Source: Candidatus Obscuribacteraceae bacterium
GTDB lineage: Bacteria > Cyanobacteriota > Vampirovibrionia > Obscuribacterales > Obscuribacteraceae
NCBI GenBank assembly: GCA_044226015.1
Contig: JBGAHS010000004.1
Location: 768,001 to 832,000, forward strand
Direction: 5' to 3'
Length of the DNA stretch: 64,000 nt
Under the pieces are notes generated by a model. The model was not told where the DNA came from. It did no database searches and worked only from the letters and a program-made list of their open reading frames with translations. The stretch's first letter is position 1, and the number at the start of each line of letters is the position of its first letter. Below, piece by piece: positions 30,668 through 39,790 of this stretch. A program made the translations under genes and the position numbers.

Positions 30668-33031
30668 TTGATGAGCAGCTTAAAAGTTGGCGAGCTATTT
30701 CAAGAGCGATACTTGATCAAAGCACGTCTCGGCGCTGGCGGAATGGGTGATGTATATCGCGCTACTCAAGTTGATGTAGGACGAGATGTCGCGCTGAAGC
30801 TTTTGCGTTCCGACAGTATTGGCGATGATGAAACGGTGAAGCGGTTCTATCGTGAGTTCAAAATTTTGTCGAGACTGCAACATTCTCATATCGTGACCAT
30901 TTACGGACTGGCGCTCGATGAGCAAAATGTTCCTTATGCCGTCTGCGAATTTATAGAGGGTAGGAGTCTTCGCTCTGTTTTGCAACAAGGAGCACTCGAT
31001 TGGCAGAGAGCTTGCAAATTACTGATTCAAATCTGTGATGCAATGCAATACGCTCATGAACAGCAGGTTGTGCACCGAGATCTTAAGCCTGACAATATCA
31101 TGTTGCTTGATAAACCTGAGGCAGACTTCGTCAAAATAATTGATTTTGGATTGTCTCGTGCCGCCATCGTTGAACTTGATGAGTCACAAAAGCTTACTTT
31201 CACAGGGCAACTCTTGGGCACCCCAAACTATATGAGCCCAGAAATGACGCCAAACAGCTTAAAGGCTGAGATTTACTCTCTGGGATGCATTATGTTCGAA
31301 ATGCTTGCTGGAGAGTTTCTATTTGACGCCGACACCGCTGTTGGAACCTTGTATTTGCATGCAAATACTGACCCGGCGACTCGTTTTGGAAAAATCAAAG
31401 CTGCACCTTTTGCACTTTACCATGTGATGAAAAAGGCACTCGCGAAAAGTCCTGACGAGCGGTACGCTTCAATGAAAGACTTTCAAAAAAGCCTCGAAGA
31501 AATCATGAAAGACCCAAGCAACATTATTGCTGGAGCGGCTTTTAATGAGCACAAACGTGCGCCCCTAAGAATCAATACAAAGCTTCTTGTTGGTGCTTTG
31601 ATAGTAACTTCGATACTAGCAATTGGCTCTCTCGCTCCCAGAAAAAATGAAAATGTAAGCAAGATGTCCGAAGGATTTGGTAGTTTGAAATACACACCAA
31701 TTTCCAAATTACCATCAAGGCTTTCCAATAACATCGATCTTATAACCAGCGAAACATGGATTAAAGAGAATCTCCAATCGACCCGCGCGAGTTATGAGGA
31801 CATCGCGACGATTGCTTGGCACAGCCTCAGATATCGAAGAAATCATGGAATGTCAATTTCTCCTCCCTATGCTGAGGAGCTGCTTGTGAAAATCCATGAT
31901 GCTGCAAGGCACGTGAGAAATTCAAAGCAAAAAATGCTTCTTATTCTGCGCGAGGCTCGTCTGTGTGTACTTCTAAAGCAACCTGATAAAGCACTGGAAT
32001 TGGTCAAGCAAGTTATACCTCACGGGCTATCTGATGACCTGATTTATACTGATGAGCTGAAGTTGATCATTGACCTGTCAACAGAGTTCGGTGAAGACCC
32101 CAAGCCATTTCTAGCTTTGGTCAATAAAGTCGGTCTTGCATCAACGAACTATATGACCATTGCTTCCGTTTATTTGCTCGATGCCAATTTCTCAAGCAAT
32201 GAAAATGAGCGCAAAACTCTGGCTTTGAAGGCCTATCATGAATTAGTGAACGCTGACATAGCCGGTATGTCTTCCAACCCCTCGCTCGTTCTTGAGTGCA
32301 TCGAGCAATTGCGGGTAGTGGGATGCCATCAAGAGGTAATTCGCCTGGGCGAGAATGTTAGCGCCTACTTCGAAACCATCTCAGAGGTTTCATATTTGAT
32401 TCAGCACCTGGTGGCGCAATCTTACCTCGATAGTGGTCAGACTTCTAAAGGTCTGCGTTTGGCAAAATCTCTGCGCGAGAAATTGATGATGCGACCTATA
32501 GACAATCTTCTCGACGATTCCGAATGCGTAGTGATAGAGGCTCTCTCGGGACGTGATTTCGGCTCTAACGTTGCAAGAGATGAAGCAAAGAATTATTTTG
32601 ACTCAATCTACGCTAACTATCCAGGGCACCTGCACGAGTCGATGCCAAAAATTTTTGCAAAGCTGGACTCAAGAAAAAAAGCTCGTTGGAGGCTGAATTA
32701 TCTGGTTGACGAATACGCAGACAAATTGGCTATGGGCTATCCTGAAACGAGTAGGGCTCTGCGCATGTTTCGCATTCGCTTGATTATGAAGGACCGGCTT
32801 GATCATGTTCCAGATCCGCTTACCAGACAAGGAAAGCAGGAGTCCATGAGTAGAGCTAGAAACTTGCTCAAGGATTTTAGTTCTTCCAATTTGGTGGGAG
32901 CGATTGATTTGAAAACACTCGATGATTTATCTGAATTCTTCGCTAAGTCAGGGCTGGAAAATGAGTCTAAGCAGTGTAAGAGTATGAAAGCCACTCTGGA
33001 GGCGGGTCTCATAAAAAATATACGCAGATAA
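30668..33031 (+). CDS. Ser/Thr kinase with TM and helical C-terminal domain
   Basis: LGAGGMG, VALK, HRDLKPDN, DFG, YMSPE; TM LLVGALIVTSILAIG. Confidence 0.93.
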   Translation: MMSSLKVGELFQERYLIKARLGAGGMGDVYRATQVDVGRDVALKLLRSDSIGDDETVKRFYREFKILSRLQHSHIVTIYGLALDEQNVPYAVCEFIEGRSLRSVLQQGALDWQRACKLLIQICDAMQYAHEQQVVHRDLKPDNIMLLDKPEADFVKIIDFGLSRAAIVELDESQKLTFTGQLLGTPNYMSPEMTPNSLKAEIYSLGCIMFEMLAGEFLFDADTAVGTLYLHANTDPATRFGKIKAAPFALYHVMKKALAKSPDERYASMKDFQKSLEEIMKDPSNIIAGAAFNEHKRAPLRINTKLLVGALIVTSILAIGSLAPRKNENVSKMSEGFGSLKYTPISKLPSRLSNNIDLITSETWIKENLQSTRASYEDIATIAWHSLRYRRNHGMSISPPYAEELLVKIHDAARHVRNSKQKMLLILREARLCVLLKQPDKALELVKQVIPHGLSDDLIYTDELKLIIDLSTEFGEDPKPFLALVNKVGLASTNYMTIASVYLLDANFSSNENERKTLALKAYHELVNADIAGMSSNPSLVLECIEQLRVVGCHQEVIRLGENVSAYFETISEVSYLIQHLVAQSYLDSGQTSKGLRLAKSLREKLMMRPIDNLLDDSECVVIEALSGRDFGSNVARDEAKNYFDSIYANYPGHLHESMPKIFAKLDSRKKARWRLNYLVDEYADKLAMGYPETSRALRMFRIRLIMKDRLDHVPDPLTRQGKQESMSRARNLLKDFSSSNLVGAIDLKTLDDLSEFFAKSGLENESKQCKSMKATLEAGLIKNIRR

Positions 33032-33116
33032 GTGTATTTGACAGCAATCGCGTGAAGGACTCAAAACGCTGGCCAAAAGATGCAATTTCGGGAAATTAGT
33101 TCAATATTTTGAGAAC

Positions 33117-33151
33117 AAACTAACAAATATTACACAACTCACTCACATAAT
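33117..33151 (+). promoter_or_regulatory. Conserved upstream motif, copy 1 (ends in -10-like CATAAT)
   Basis: AAACTAACAAATATTACACAACTCACTCACATAAT; 29/35 identical to the minus strand of 44938..44972. Confidence 0.7.
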
Positions 33152-33265
33152 GGGTAAATACTTAGTACATAGTGCTCTAGGTGTGCGCGGCCGTAGTTGG
33201 CACTGCAAATCACATTCGAGCGATTCTAACCGGGACAACAAAACGATCGCCTATGGGGGTGCGTT

Positions 33266-35044
33266 GTGTCATTACTAAAGAAATTGTCGGGTTGCAGCAT
33301 ACTAGTCTCACTAGCGATTGGTTCAATCGGCTTGCAAACACCAGCATTCTCACAAGCAACTCAGGCTTATAGCCCGGTGCAAGCTAAAAAGCAATATAAC
33401 CAGGAGTCCCGAAACGAGGAACTTCGCAAATCAGAAGCGAAGAATACCAAGAGCAAGGCCGCAGTGCAGCCTGGACAGGGAATGGGTTCGCAGAATTCCT
33501 ACGGTTTCGGTATGAGTGAGTCAAGCCAGCAAATGGCTATGCAGACGAACCCCACAGGTGGGGGCGGTGGCTCTGGTCAGGGCGGTGGTGCCCAGGTCAT
33601 GGTCGAAATGCTCGACACTGATACTTACTGGGAGAAAGGTCAATACAACGGTTCTTCAGCTGGTGAGGAAAACAGTTACACTGGCGTCTACGATTCATTC
33701 TTGAAACGTACAGAGCAAATTGAAGCGATGAAAATGCCTACCCCTGGCGACAATGATCTCTCCGCAGGCGACTTCCAGATGGGAGGTGGCGGAGGTGGTG
33801 GTGGCGGCGGTGCCGCCGGAAACAGTAACGCAGACGGTAAAGAAGGCGGTAAGCCGCTGACAGCCGCAGGCGATGCCGTGGCGAAGGCTCACCAGGCTGG
33901 TGTCGGAGCGCAAAAAGCCGGTGACCCGGCCGGCAGTTCTAATCAGTCAAAGTGTAATTCACAAGGTTGCTCGTCAGCTGCGGCAAGTTCTGCCGGAGAA
34001 GATGCTATCCAATGTTTGATGAATGCAATGGATGGCATGACTCTCAATCTTATAAATGTAGCGAACGAAGATGCCGGCACTCCTTGTGCCTCCAATCAGA
34101 TTTCCAAAACTTACTCGAATGCCGTTTGGATGGTTCAGCGCATGTACAAAACATGCTTCCTTCCAATGGCGATTTTGTTCTTGCTTCCAGGAGCGCTAAT
34201 CACAAACATCAAAACCTTCATCGGTTTTGGCATTCTCCACAATAACAATGATGAAGATGCTGTGAGCCCCTGGACTGGTATTCTGCGCTCGATAATTGCA
34301 ATCTTCTTGATTCCAATGACTCAAGTTGTAGTCAGCTACATGGTAGACGTTGGAAATTCACTTCAAAATGCTTGCCAGCCCTACGTCAACGTACCGTTGA
34401 TTATCTTGTGGGCCGAAGAACAGGTGCAAATTTTCAAACCTGAACAGCAAGGTAGTCCTATCAAGAACTTGCCAAACATTCCTTTCGCTCCATGGAGAGG
34501 TAAGTTTGCTGGTATGCCTGTGGGCGGTGCTGTGATGGAGCAGATCAGCGGACTTGATGCTGCATTGAGTGAACTTGCAAATGAATGTACCCATATCCTT
34601 TCTGAGGGGCTGACTATAGCTCACGCTTTCCAGGTTGTGATGGTCTGCTATTTACTCTTACTTGGTCCGCTGGCGGCTGCCTTTTTCGCCTGGCCATCGG
34701 TAGGGCGAGACCTCTTCCGAAAAGCCTTTGCTTCATGGGTCGATGGCGTCGTCATCTTGAGTCTATGGAAGTTCTGGTGGAACATCGTTCTTATTTGTAT
34801 GACTGTTAGATGTGAGTCTGGTGCACTAAATCCATTCGACCCATTCGAGGTTTACTACCTTGCAGCATTCCTTTGTATTTTGATGTTCGTTCCCTTCAAT
34901 CCATTCGACTTCAAACCGGGTGAAATTGTAGGTAACGCAATGAAACACGCAGAAGCTGTTGCGTCTAAAGTCGCGCAAGGTGGCAAGGGTGGTGGCTCAG
35001 GCGGTGGCGGTGGCAAAGGCGGCGGCAAAACCATGCCTGGCTAA
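33266..35044 (+). CDS. TrbL/VirB6-like polytopic membrane protein with Gly-rich N-terminus
   Basis: Signal peptide, poly-Gly, then FLPMAILFLLPGA, RSIIAIFLIP, LLLGPLAAAFFAWP..F.SW. Confidence 0.7.
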   Translation: MSLLKKLSGCSILVSLAIGSIGLQTPAFSQATQAYSPVQAKKQYNQESRNEELRKSEAKNTKSKAAVQPGQGMGSQNSYGFGMSESSQQMAMQTNPTGGGGGSGQGGGAQVMVEMLDTDTYWEKGQYNGSSAGEENSYTGVYDSFLKRTEQIEAMKMPTPGDNDLSAGDFQMGGGGGGGGGGAAGNSNADGKEGGKPLTAAGDAVAKAHQAGVGAQKAGDPAGSSNQSKCNSQGCSSAAASSAGEDAIQCLMNAMDGMTLNLINVANEDAGTPCASNQISKTYSNAVWMVQRMYKTCFLPMAILFLLPGALITNIKTFIGFGILHNNNDEDAVSPWTGILRSIIAIFLIPMTQVVVSYMVDVGNSLQNACQPYVNVPLIILWAEEQVQIFKPEQQGSPIKNLPNIPFAPWRGKFAGMPVGGAVMEQISGLDAALSELANECTHILSEGLTIAHAFQVVMVCYLLLLGPLAAAFFAWPSVGRDLFRKAFASWVDGVVILSLWKFWWNIVLICMTVRCESGALNPFDPFEVYYLAAFLCILMFVPFNPFDFKPGEIVGNAMKHAEAVASKVAQGGKGGGSGGGGGKGGGKTMPG

Positions 35045-35085
35045 GGTAGAATCTAATAAGCATTTGTCTTGTTGGAGTTTGACTG

Positions 35086-35673
35086 ATGAAAAAATGGTAT
35101 CATTTGCTGGCTATTCTCCCGCTTTTGATTGCTGTTTGCAGCTGCTCAGAAGCGCCTAAGGACAAGGAAGACAGTTCGAAAGGAACTGGCTTGTTTACCG
35201 AAAGTTCTGATAATCCTAACGGAATTGCATCGGGGATGAGCGGTTTCAATGCTGGTGCCTTTAATCAGGAACCAGAAGGTCCGCAGTATCAGCAACCTAA
35301 TATGGATGTCTTAAAAGGAAAGCCACAGCTTTTTCCTTCTCGATATCCGATCAAGCGTTACCCAGGCGCCAAAGTAACCATGGTTGATGTTCGACCCAAC
35401 CGACCACCTGGCTACAAGAATTTGGTGATGATGGCTACTGCTGACCCTAGCAAGCGCATCTCAGGCTTCTATCAGCATCAAATGATTGGCGAGCAATGGA
35501 AGAAAGTTAGTGAGTATCGAAACGATATATATGAATGCTCTCGTTGGGTTAAGGGAGATCTGGAGGCAGAGGTTCGAATCATGCCTGATCTCGTAGCCAG
35601 CAACAGCGATAAAAAATATGTGCAGATCCTTTACGGACTGAAGGGAAAGAAAATAGCTCCACCAAAGATGTAA
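35086..35673 (+). CDS. Lipoprotein
   Basis: MKKWYHLLAILPLLIAVCSC lipoprotein signal. Confidence 0.8.
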   Translation: MKKWYHLLAILPLLIAVCSCSEAPKDKEDSSKGTGLFTESSDNPNGIASGMSGFNAGAFNQEPEGPQYQQPNMDVLKGKPQLFPSRYPIKRYPGAKVTMVDVRPNRPPGYKNLVMMATADPSKRISGFYQHQMIGEQWKKVSEYRNDIYECSRWVKGDLEAEVRIMPDLVASNSDKKYVQILYGLKGKKIAPPKM

Positions 35674-35727
35674 TCTGGAGTCCGAGCCGAGCCCGGCGGA
35701 TTCTTGCGCATCAACAAATTGTGGACT

Positions 35728-35789
35728 GATTACGTTTAGCGAGATCGAAGCGGATTACTTGTAGTAAGATCGGATTACTTGTAGCGAGC
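35728..35789. repeat. Three degenerate ~20-nt direct repeats at the 3' end of the TPR gene
   Basis: GATTACGTTTAGCGAGATCG / GATTACTTGTAGTAAGATCG / GATTACTTGTAGCGAGC. Confidence 0.6.
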
Positions 35790-37304
35790 AACACTTCTGT
35801 TGTCTTGTTCGTTTATGTCATTAAGGTTAGGCTGATCACTGCCTGTGCCAGGGTCGAGCTTGATGATAGTTGATGCTTTGGAGTTTGGCTCTCCAGGAAG
35901 AGACCCGGCTTTGGATTGAACCTCTGGTCCTTTAGATGGGCTCTGAGCCTGTGCTGTTTCATTTGGATCTTTTGGCTGGGCTTCCTTTTGCTGAGCTTCT
36001 CTTTGCTGAGCGTCAGCCAGTTCATCTGGTGTCTGTTTATGCTCTGCCACCGCCTTTTGGCTTTCTCTCAGTCGATGAACGAGCGCTACAACATTGTCGT
36101 TTTCTTCTTTCGATTTAGTTAGTTCGTGGGCTTTCTGCAGGCAGAGTGTTGCCTGGTCGAAGTCTTTTGCTTTTATACTAATCGCCGCACAGTATGCCCA
36201 ACTACTGCAATTCTGATTCTTTGGGTCATTAAGTATAGAAAGCAAGAATTTCTTCTCTTCATCGTATTTCTTTTGAAGCTCAAGCACCTTCACGTAGACC
36301 CGAACTGTGCGGCTTTCGAGCGGGTCAATTGCAAGAATCTTTTTGAAGGGCTCTTCTGCCTGTGCATATTTCTTTTGAAACATACGCGTCAGTCCAAGAT
36401 TTAGGAGGTACTCGGTGTTTTTCGCGTCTAGTTCAGAGGCTTTTGCGAAGCCCTCCTCAGCCTTGTCAAAAAGATTTTGCCGACGCCAAACTTCGCCCAG
36501 GGTTGCCCATAGGCTTGGATTGTAAGGGTTCAGGTAGCTTGCTCTTTTCAGATAATGGTCTGCTCCATCAAGATCATCCCTGTTGTATAGCAACATTCCG
36601 ATTGTGATCCAGTGTTCCGGGTTGCTTTTGTCCAGGTCTGCTGCCTGCCTGTATTCCATTTCCATTCTTTGCTCATCGCCGAGCAGCTGATGGTACTTGC
36701 CAGAGAGAAACCAATATCTAGCATCATCCTTCTCAAGCCTGGCAGAGCCGTTGTAAGTCTTTTTTGCTTCGTCTGTTTTGTTTTCTAGCTGCAAAATCAA
36801 TGCAAGTTGCGCGCAGGCAACCGAGCTGAGTGGGTCCAGCGAAAGGGCTGTTTTTGCTGCTTTCTCCGCTTCTTCCAGGCGGGCTTTATCGTGGGAAAGG
36901 CAATCAGCCATAGCCAACCATGCATCGAAATTGTTCTTTTGCAGTTCAGTGACTTTTCTAAAATCGCCCTCTGCTTCTTTGTACTTATGTTGCTTCAGCT
37001 CTACGATGCCGAGCGCCTTGTAGAATCGCCAGTCGGCCGGATATATAGAGATAGCAGTTTTGAACCTTGCTTCTGCATCTGTCAACAGATAACGCTGGCT
37101 AAAACCAACTCCGGCATCATAAGCCTCTCGAGCCTTTAACCAGGTAATCATGTTGCCATTCCATGGGTACTCGGAAAGCAACATTGACGACGACATGCCG
37201 ATGATAACGACAAAAAGAGCACCAAAGACGAGCGCTCTGCGACGTGTGCTTTTCGAGGCAGCTTTGAGGTCTTTTTTGCGTTCTAAAAGTGCAAATATTT
37301 TCAA
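35775..37304 (-). CDS. Membrane-anchored TPR protein
   Basis: N-terminal TM, many TPRs, disordered tail. Confidence 0.88.
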   Translation of the reverse strand: MKIFALLERKKDLKAASKSTRRRALVFGALFVVIIGMSSSMLLSEYPWNGNMITWLKAREAYDAGVGFSQRYLLTDAEARFKTAISIYPADWRFYKALGIVELKQHKYKEAEGDFRKVTELQKNNFDAWLAMADCLSHDKARLEEAEKAAKTALSLDPLSSVACAQLALILQLENKTDEAKKTYNGSARLEKDDARYWFLSGKYHQLLGDEQRMEMEYRQAADLDKSNPEHWITIGMLLYNRDDLDGADHYLKRASYLNPYNPSLWATLGEVWRRQNLFDKAEEGFAKASELDAKNTEYLLNLGLTRMFQKKYAQAEEPFKKILAIDPLESRTVRVYVKVLELQKKYDEEKKFLLSILNDPKNQNCSSWAYCAAISIKAKDFDQATLCLQKAHELTKSKEENDNVVALVHRLRESQKAVAEHKQTPDELADAQQREAQQKEAQPKDPNETAQAQSPSKGPEVQSKAGSLPGEPNSKASTIIKLDPGTGSDQPNLNDINEQDNRSVARYK

Positions 37305-37308
37305 GGGT

Positions 37309-38619
37309 CTACTTCTTTGTTAGTTTGCTTTGTTGTTTCAGCCAGGCTCGATGTGTGTGAAGTTGGGTCTCTATAAATTCATCAAGCGCATTCTGAAATG
37401 AGGTGGACATTTTGGGTCGTAAATTGAAGGCGATTGCGAGGTTGCAATTGTCCATTTTATGCACAACAGTGGTCGTGAGACCAGGTAATGACCCTTCTTT
37501 TCTTATTGTAAGGTCTTGATTTTTTTGTGGCTTCCGGACCTCCCAGCCCATGCCAAAGTAAAAGTCTTTGTCTCGCCACTGATCGATTTTTGGTCTTCCA
37601 AGCATTAGTTTAACCAAATCTGGCGACAGAATCTGTTTCTCTTTTCCTTGCTCACCGAACAGGCAAGAAACAAAATTTGCTACATCTATTGAAGAACCTA
37701 CCCAGCCACAATCAGCAGTCATTGCCTCTAAATAAAAATCACCTCCATATTCCAGAGGGACATAGCCCCGTACATTAGGCATTATGGCAGGACCCAATTG
37801 TTCACCATCATATGGAAAATAGAAAACCTCTCCCTTAGCAGCAACCCGTGTTTTTCCAGGCACCATGTCAATTTGCATAGGCTTGAGCAGCTCGTCTTTT
37901 ACATATTCAACGTAAGGACGACCAGAAATTTTTCGGACTATTTCGCCCAGCATACAAAATCCTAGATTCGAATAGTGGTATTTCGTGCCCGGATAAAAAT
38001 CTAGCCGACGGCAAGCCTCATATCTGATGATTGCCTGGGGGGTAGGGCGCATTGAATTGCTGTATTCCATTGCTGCCTGTTGAGCGATTGGTTGAAACAT
38101 AGGGTCGCCTGTTGCATCTCTGTCCCAGCCGCCTGTACCTTGCAGTAAATTGCGCACAGTAATGAGCCAGGCACGAGCATCCGGTCGTCGGGAGGGATCT
38201 GGCTCTTGTGGCAAATTGAGAAGTTTGAATGCAGATGAATCTAAATCCAGTTTTCTTTCTTGTACAAGTTTCAAGACTGCGGCTGCTGTTAGCAATTTAG
38301 AAATGCTACCGATTCGAAACTTGGCATCAGGTGCCATTTTGACAGTCTTCTTCTCATCTGAATATCCGTAGCCGCGTGCATAGACAAGCTTGCCACTTTG
38401 TACTATCGCTACAGTTGCGCCTGGCACCTGCCATTTTTTCATCAGTGCAACTAGCTTTTCATCAAAATCCTCCATCTCTGGGGCACCAATACCAGAAATG
38501 GGGAGGATATCTTTTGCTTGAGCTGATGCAAGGGAAAAGCAAGACATTACAAAAAGCATGAGAGAGACTAATATTCTTGACGTTCTGGCTTGTGAATTTG
38601 TATGATGCATTCTCGACAT
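37309..38619 (-). CDS. Secreted serine hydrolase (beta-lactamase class C / DD-peptidase family); paralog of 3509..4936
   Basis: FRIGSISK, YSN, KEGSLPG. Start moved to the ATG at 38619 to remove the overlap with the divergent gene. Confidence 0.9.
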   Translation of the reverse strand: MSRMHHTNSQARTSRILVSLMLFVMSCFSLASAQAKDILPISGIGAPEMEDFDEKLVALMKKWQVPGATVAIVQSGKLVYARGYGYSDEKKTVKMAPDAKFRIGSISKLLTAAAVLKLVQERKLDLDSSAFKLLNLPQEPDPSRRPDARAWLITVRNLLQGTGGWDRDATGDPMFQPIAQQAAMEYSNSMRPTPQAIIRYEACRRLDFYPGTKYHYSNLGFCMLGEIVRKISGRPYVEYVKDELLKPMQIDMVPGKTRVAAKGEVFYFPYDGEQLGPAIMPNVRGYVPLEYGGDFYLEAMTADCGWVGSSIDVANFVSCLFGEQGKEKQILSPDLVKLMLGRPKIDQWRDKDFYFGMGWEVRKPQKNQDLTIRKEGSLPGLTTTVVHKMDNCNLAIAFNLRPKMSTSFQNALDEFIETQLHTHRAWLKQQSKLTKK

Positions 38620-38634
38620 TGCTGTTTGAAATCT

Positions 38635-39129
38635 ATGTTGCGTAAAGTTCAAGTCACTAGTTTATTGCTTTCTTTCCTGCTCTGCTCATGCGCGGAAAAT
38701 GCAACGCGTCAGCTCAGCGAAAATGAAGCACAGAAAGAAGTCGAACTCAAAGAGTCTATGCACAGAGTGCAAATGGGTGTTGAACATTACGCTGCTGACC
38801 ATGGTTCTGATAAGTATCCTACCGAATTGAACAATGAGTTCAAGTCTTATTTACCCGGTGGCGTAGAGGGCACCGAACCTGCTGCTTTTGGAACTATCAA
38901 TCCATTCACGGGCAAAAATGAGTTTATAACTGTCAACAATTCGCTAAAAGACCTTCATTCTGCTCGCTTTGGTCCAAGAATAGCTCTTAAACCTGGTGAG
39001 ATTTTGTACTGTCCAATTAATGGTGGCAGTGCCTATTTGCTGCTTGGAGGCGGGGTTGACGGAAAAGCCCTGCCTGATGACAAAAATCCTGGACAGGTTC
39101 TCGTTCTCAGCAACATCGATGAATACTAA
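38635..39129 (+). CDS. Lipoprotein with pilin-like domain; paralog of 4987..5583
   Basis: LLCSC lipobox; MHRVQMGVEHYAADH..DKYP, YLPGG, NPFTG, VLVLSNID. Confidence 0.78.
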   Translation: MLRKVQVTSLLLSFLLCSCAENATRQLSENEAQKEVELKESMHRVQMGVEHYAADHGSDKYPTELNNEFKSYLPGGVEGTEPAAFGTINPFTGKNEFITVNNSLKDLHSARFGPRIALKPGEILYCPINGGSAYLLLGGGVDGKALPDDKNPGQVLVLSNIDEY

Positions 39130-39731
39130 GCTGGTTTCTTCGCCCAGACGTGGAACGAGTCGAGAAACTTACTGCTCGAAGGTCCTGAAATTTTTGCTTT
39201 GGGACCCTGCACTCCCACGAGGAAGAAGCGTTTTCCTGGCGGATCAATGAAGATATTTAAGATGAACGCACCACCGTCTGTCTTGTTTCCTTCAATATGT
39301 CGTCCTGGATATTTTCCGCCCTCTAGCCCAATTGAATAGTGGCTGTTCTCCCTTCCTTTAGCCCATCTTTCCACATTTTGTTTTGAGAGTTCCTCAAAAA
39401 TCAGTTCTTGCTTTGAGTATGGATCTGGCATGCCGAAGGGATCTATGCCTTCTGCAACAGAGTATTGAACTCCATCTCGCGTTGTGCTGTATTGGTTACC
39501 GCCATTTCCAAAAAATGTCTCCATATAGAATGGTTCTGCAGGAAAAGAGCAGATGTAGTGTTCTTTCCAGCTAAACGACTTCACCTTTTCGTCCCAGCTA
39601 GGGGCATTATTTTTGTTGTTTCCAAGCTTTGATTGAATTCCGGAGAAATCCACGCAGGCTGAAAGTGCAAGACCATCAATTTCAAGACTAGACCTCCAAA
39701 AGTGGAAAATATCATAGCCGATTGACTTCAC
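39126..39731 (-). CDS. Hypothetical protein, possible lipoprotein (PsbP/DcrB-like pattern)
   Basis: LSAC, FP..P, terminal KFLDSF; start uncertain. Confidence 0.6.
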   Translation of the reverse strand: MKSIGYDIFHFWRSSLEIDGLALSACVDFSGIQSKLGNNKNNAPSWDEKVKSFSWKEHYICSFPAEPFYMETFFGNGGNQYSTTRDGVQYSVAEGIDPFGMPDPYSKQELIFEELSKQNVERWAKGRENSHYSIGLEGGKYPGRHIEGNKTDGGAFILNIFIDPPGKRFFLVGVQGPKAKISGPSSSKFLDSFHVWAKKPA

Positions 39732-39743
39732 GTAGATAAGAGA

Positions 39744-39767
39744 AAGGAGTCGATTTCTCGACTCCTT
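39744..39767 (-). terminator. Terminator hairpin after the 1690-aa gene
   Basis: AAGGAGTCGA-TTTC-TCGACTCCTT, perfect 10-bp stem. Confidence 0.7.
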
Positions 39768-39790
39768 CCATAGCTTTTTGCTCTTTCAGA

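Noticed and set aside
35728..35789. CRISPR array
   Set aside because: Repeats are nearly contiguous with no unique spacers; no cas genes.
39655..39731. Frameshifted signal peptide (GGAGG then TTG AAA TTG ATG GTC, out of frame with ALSAC)
   Set aside because: The rebuilt signal would be very short; this cannot be decided without homologs or reads.
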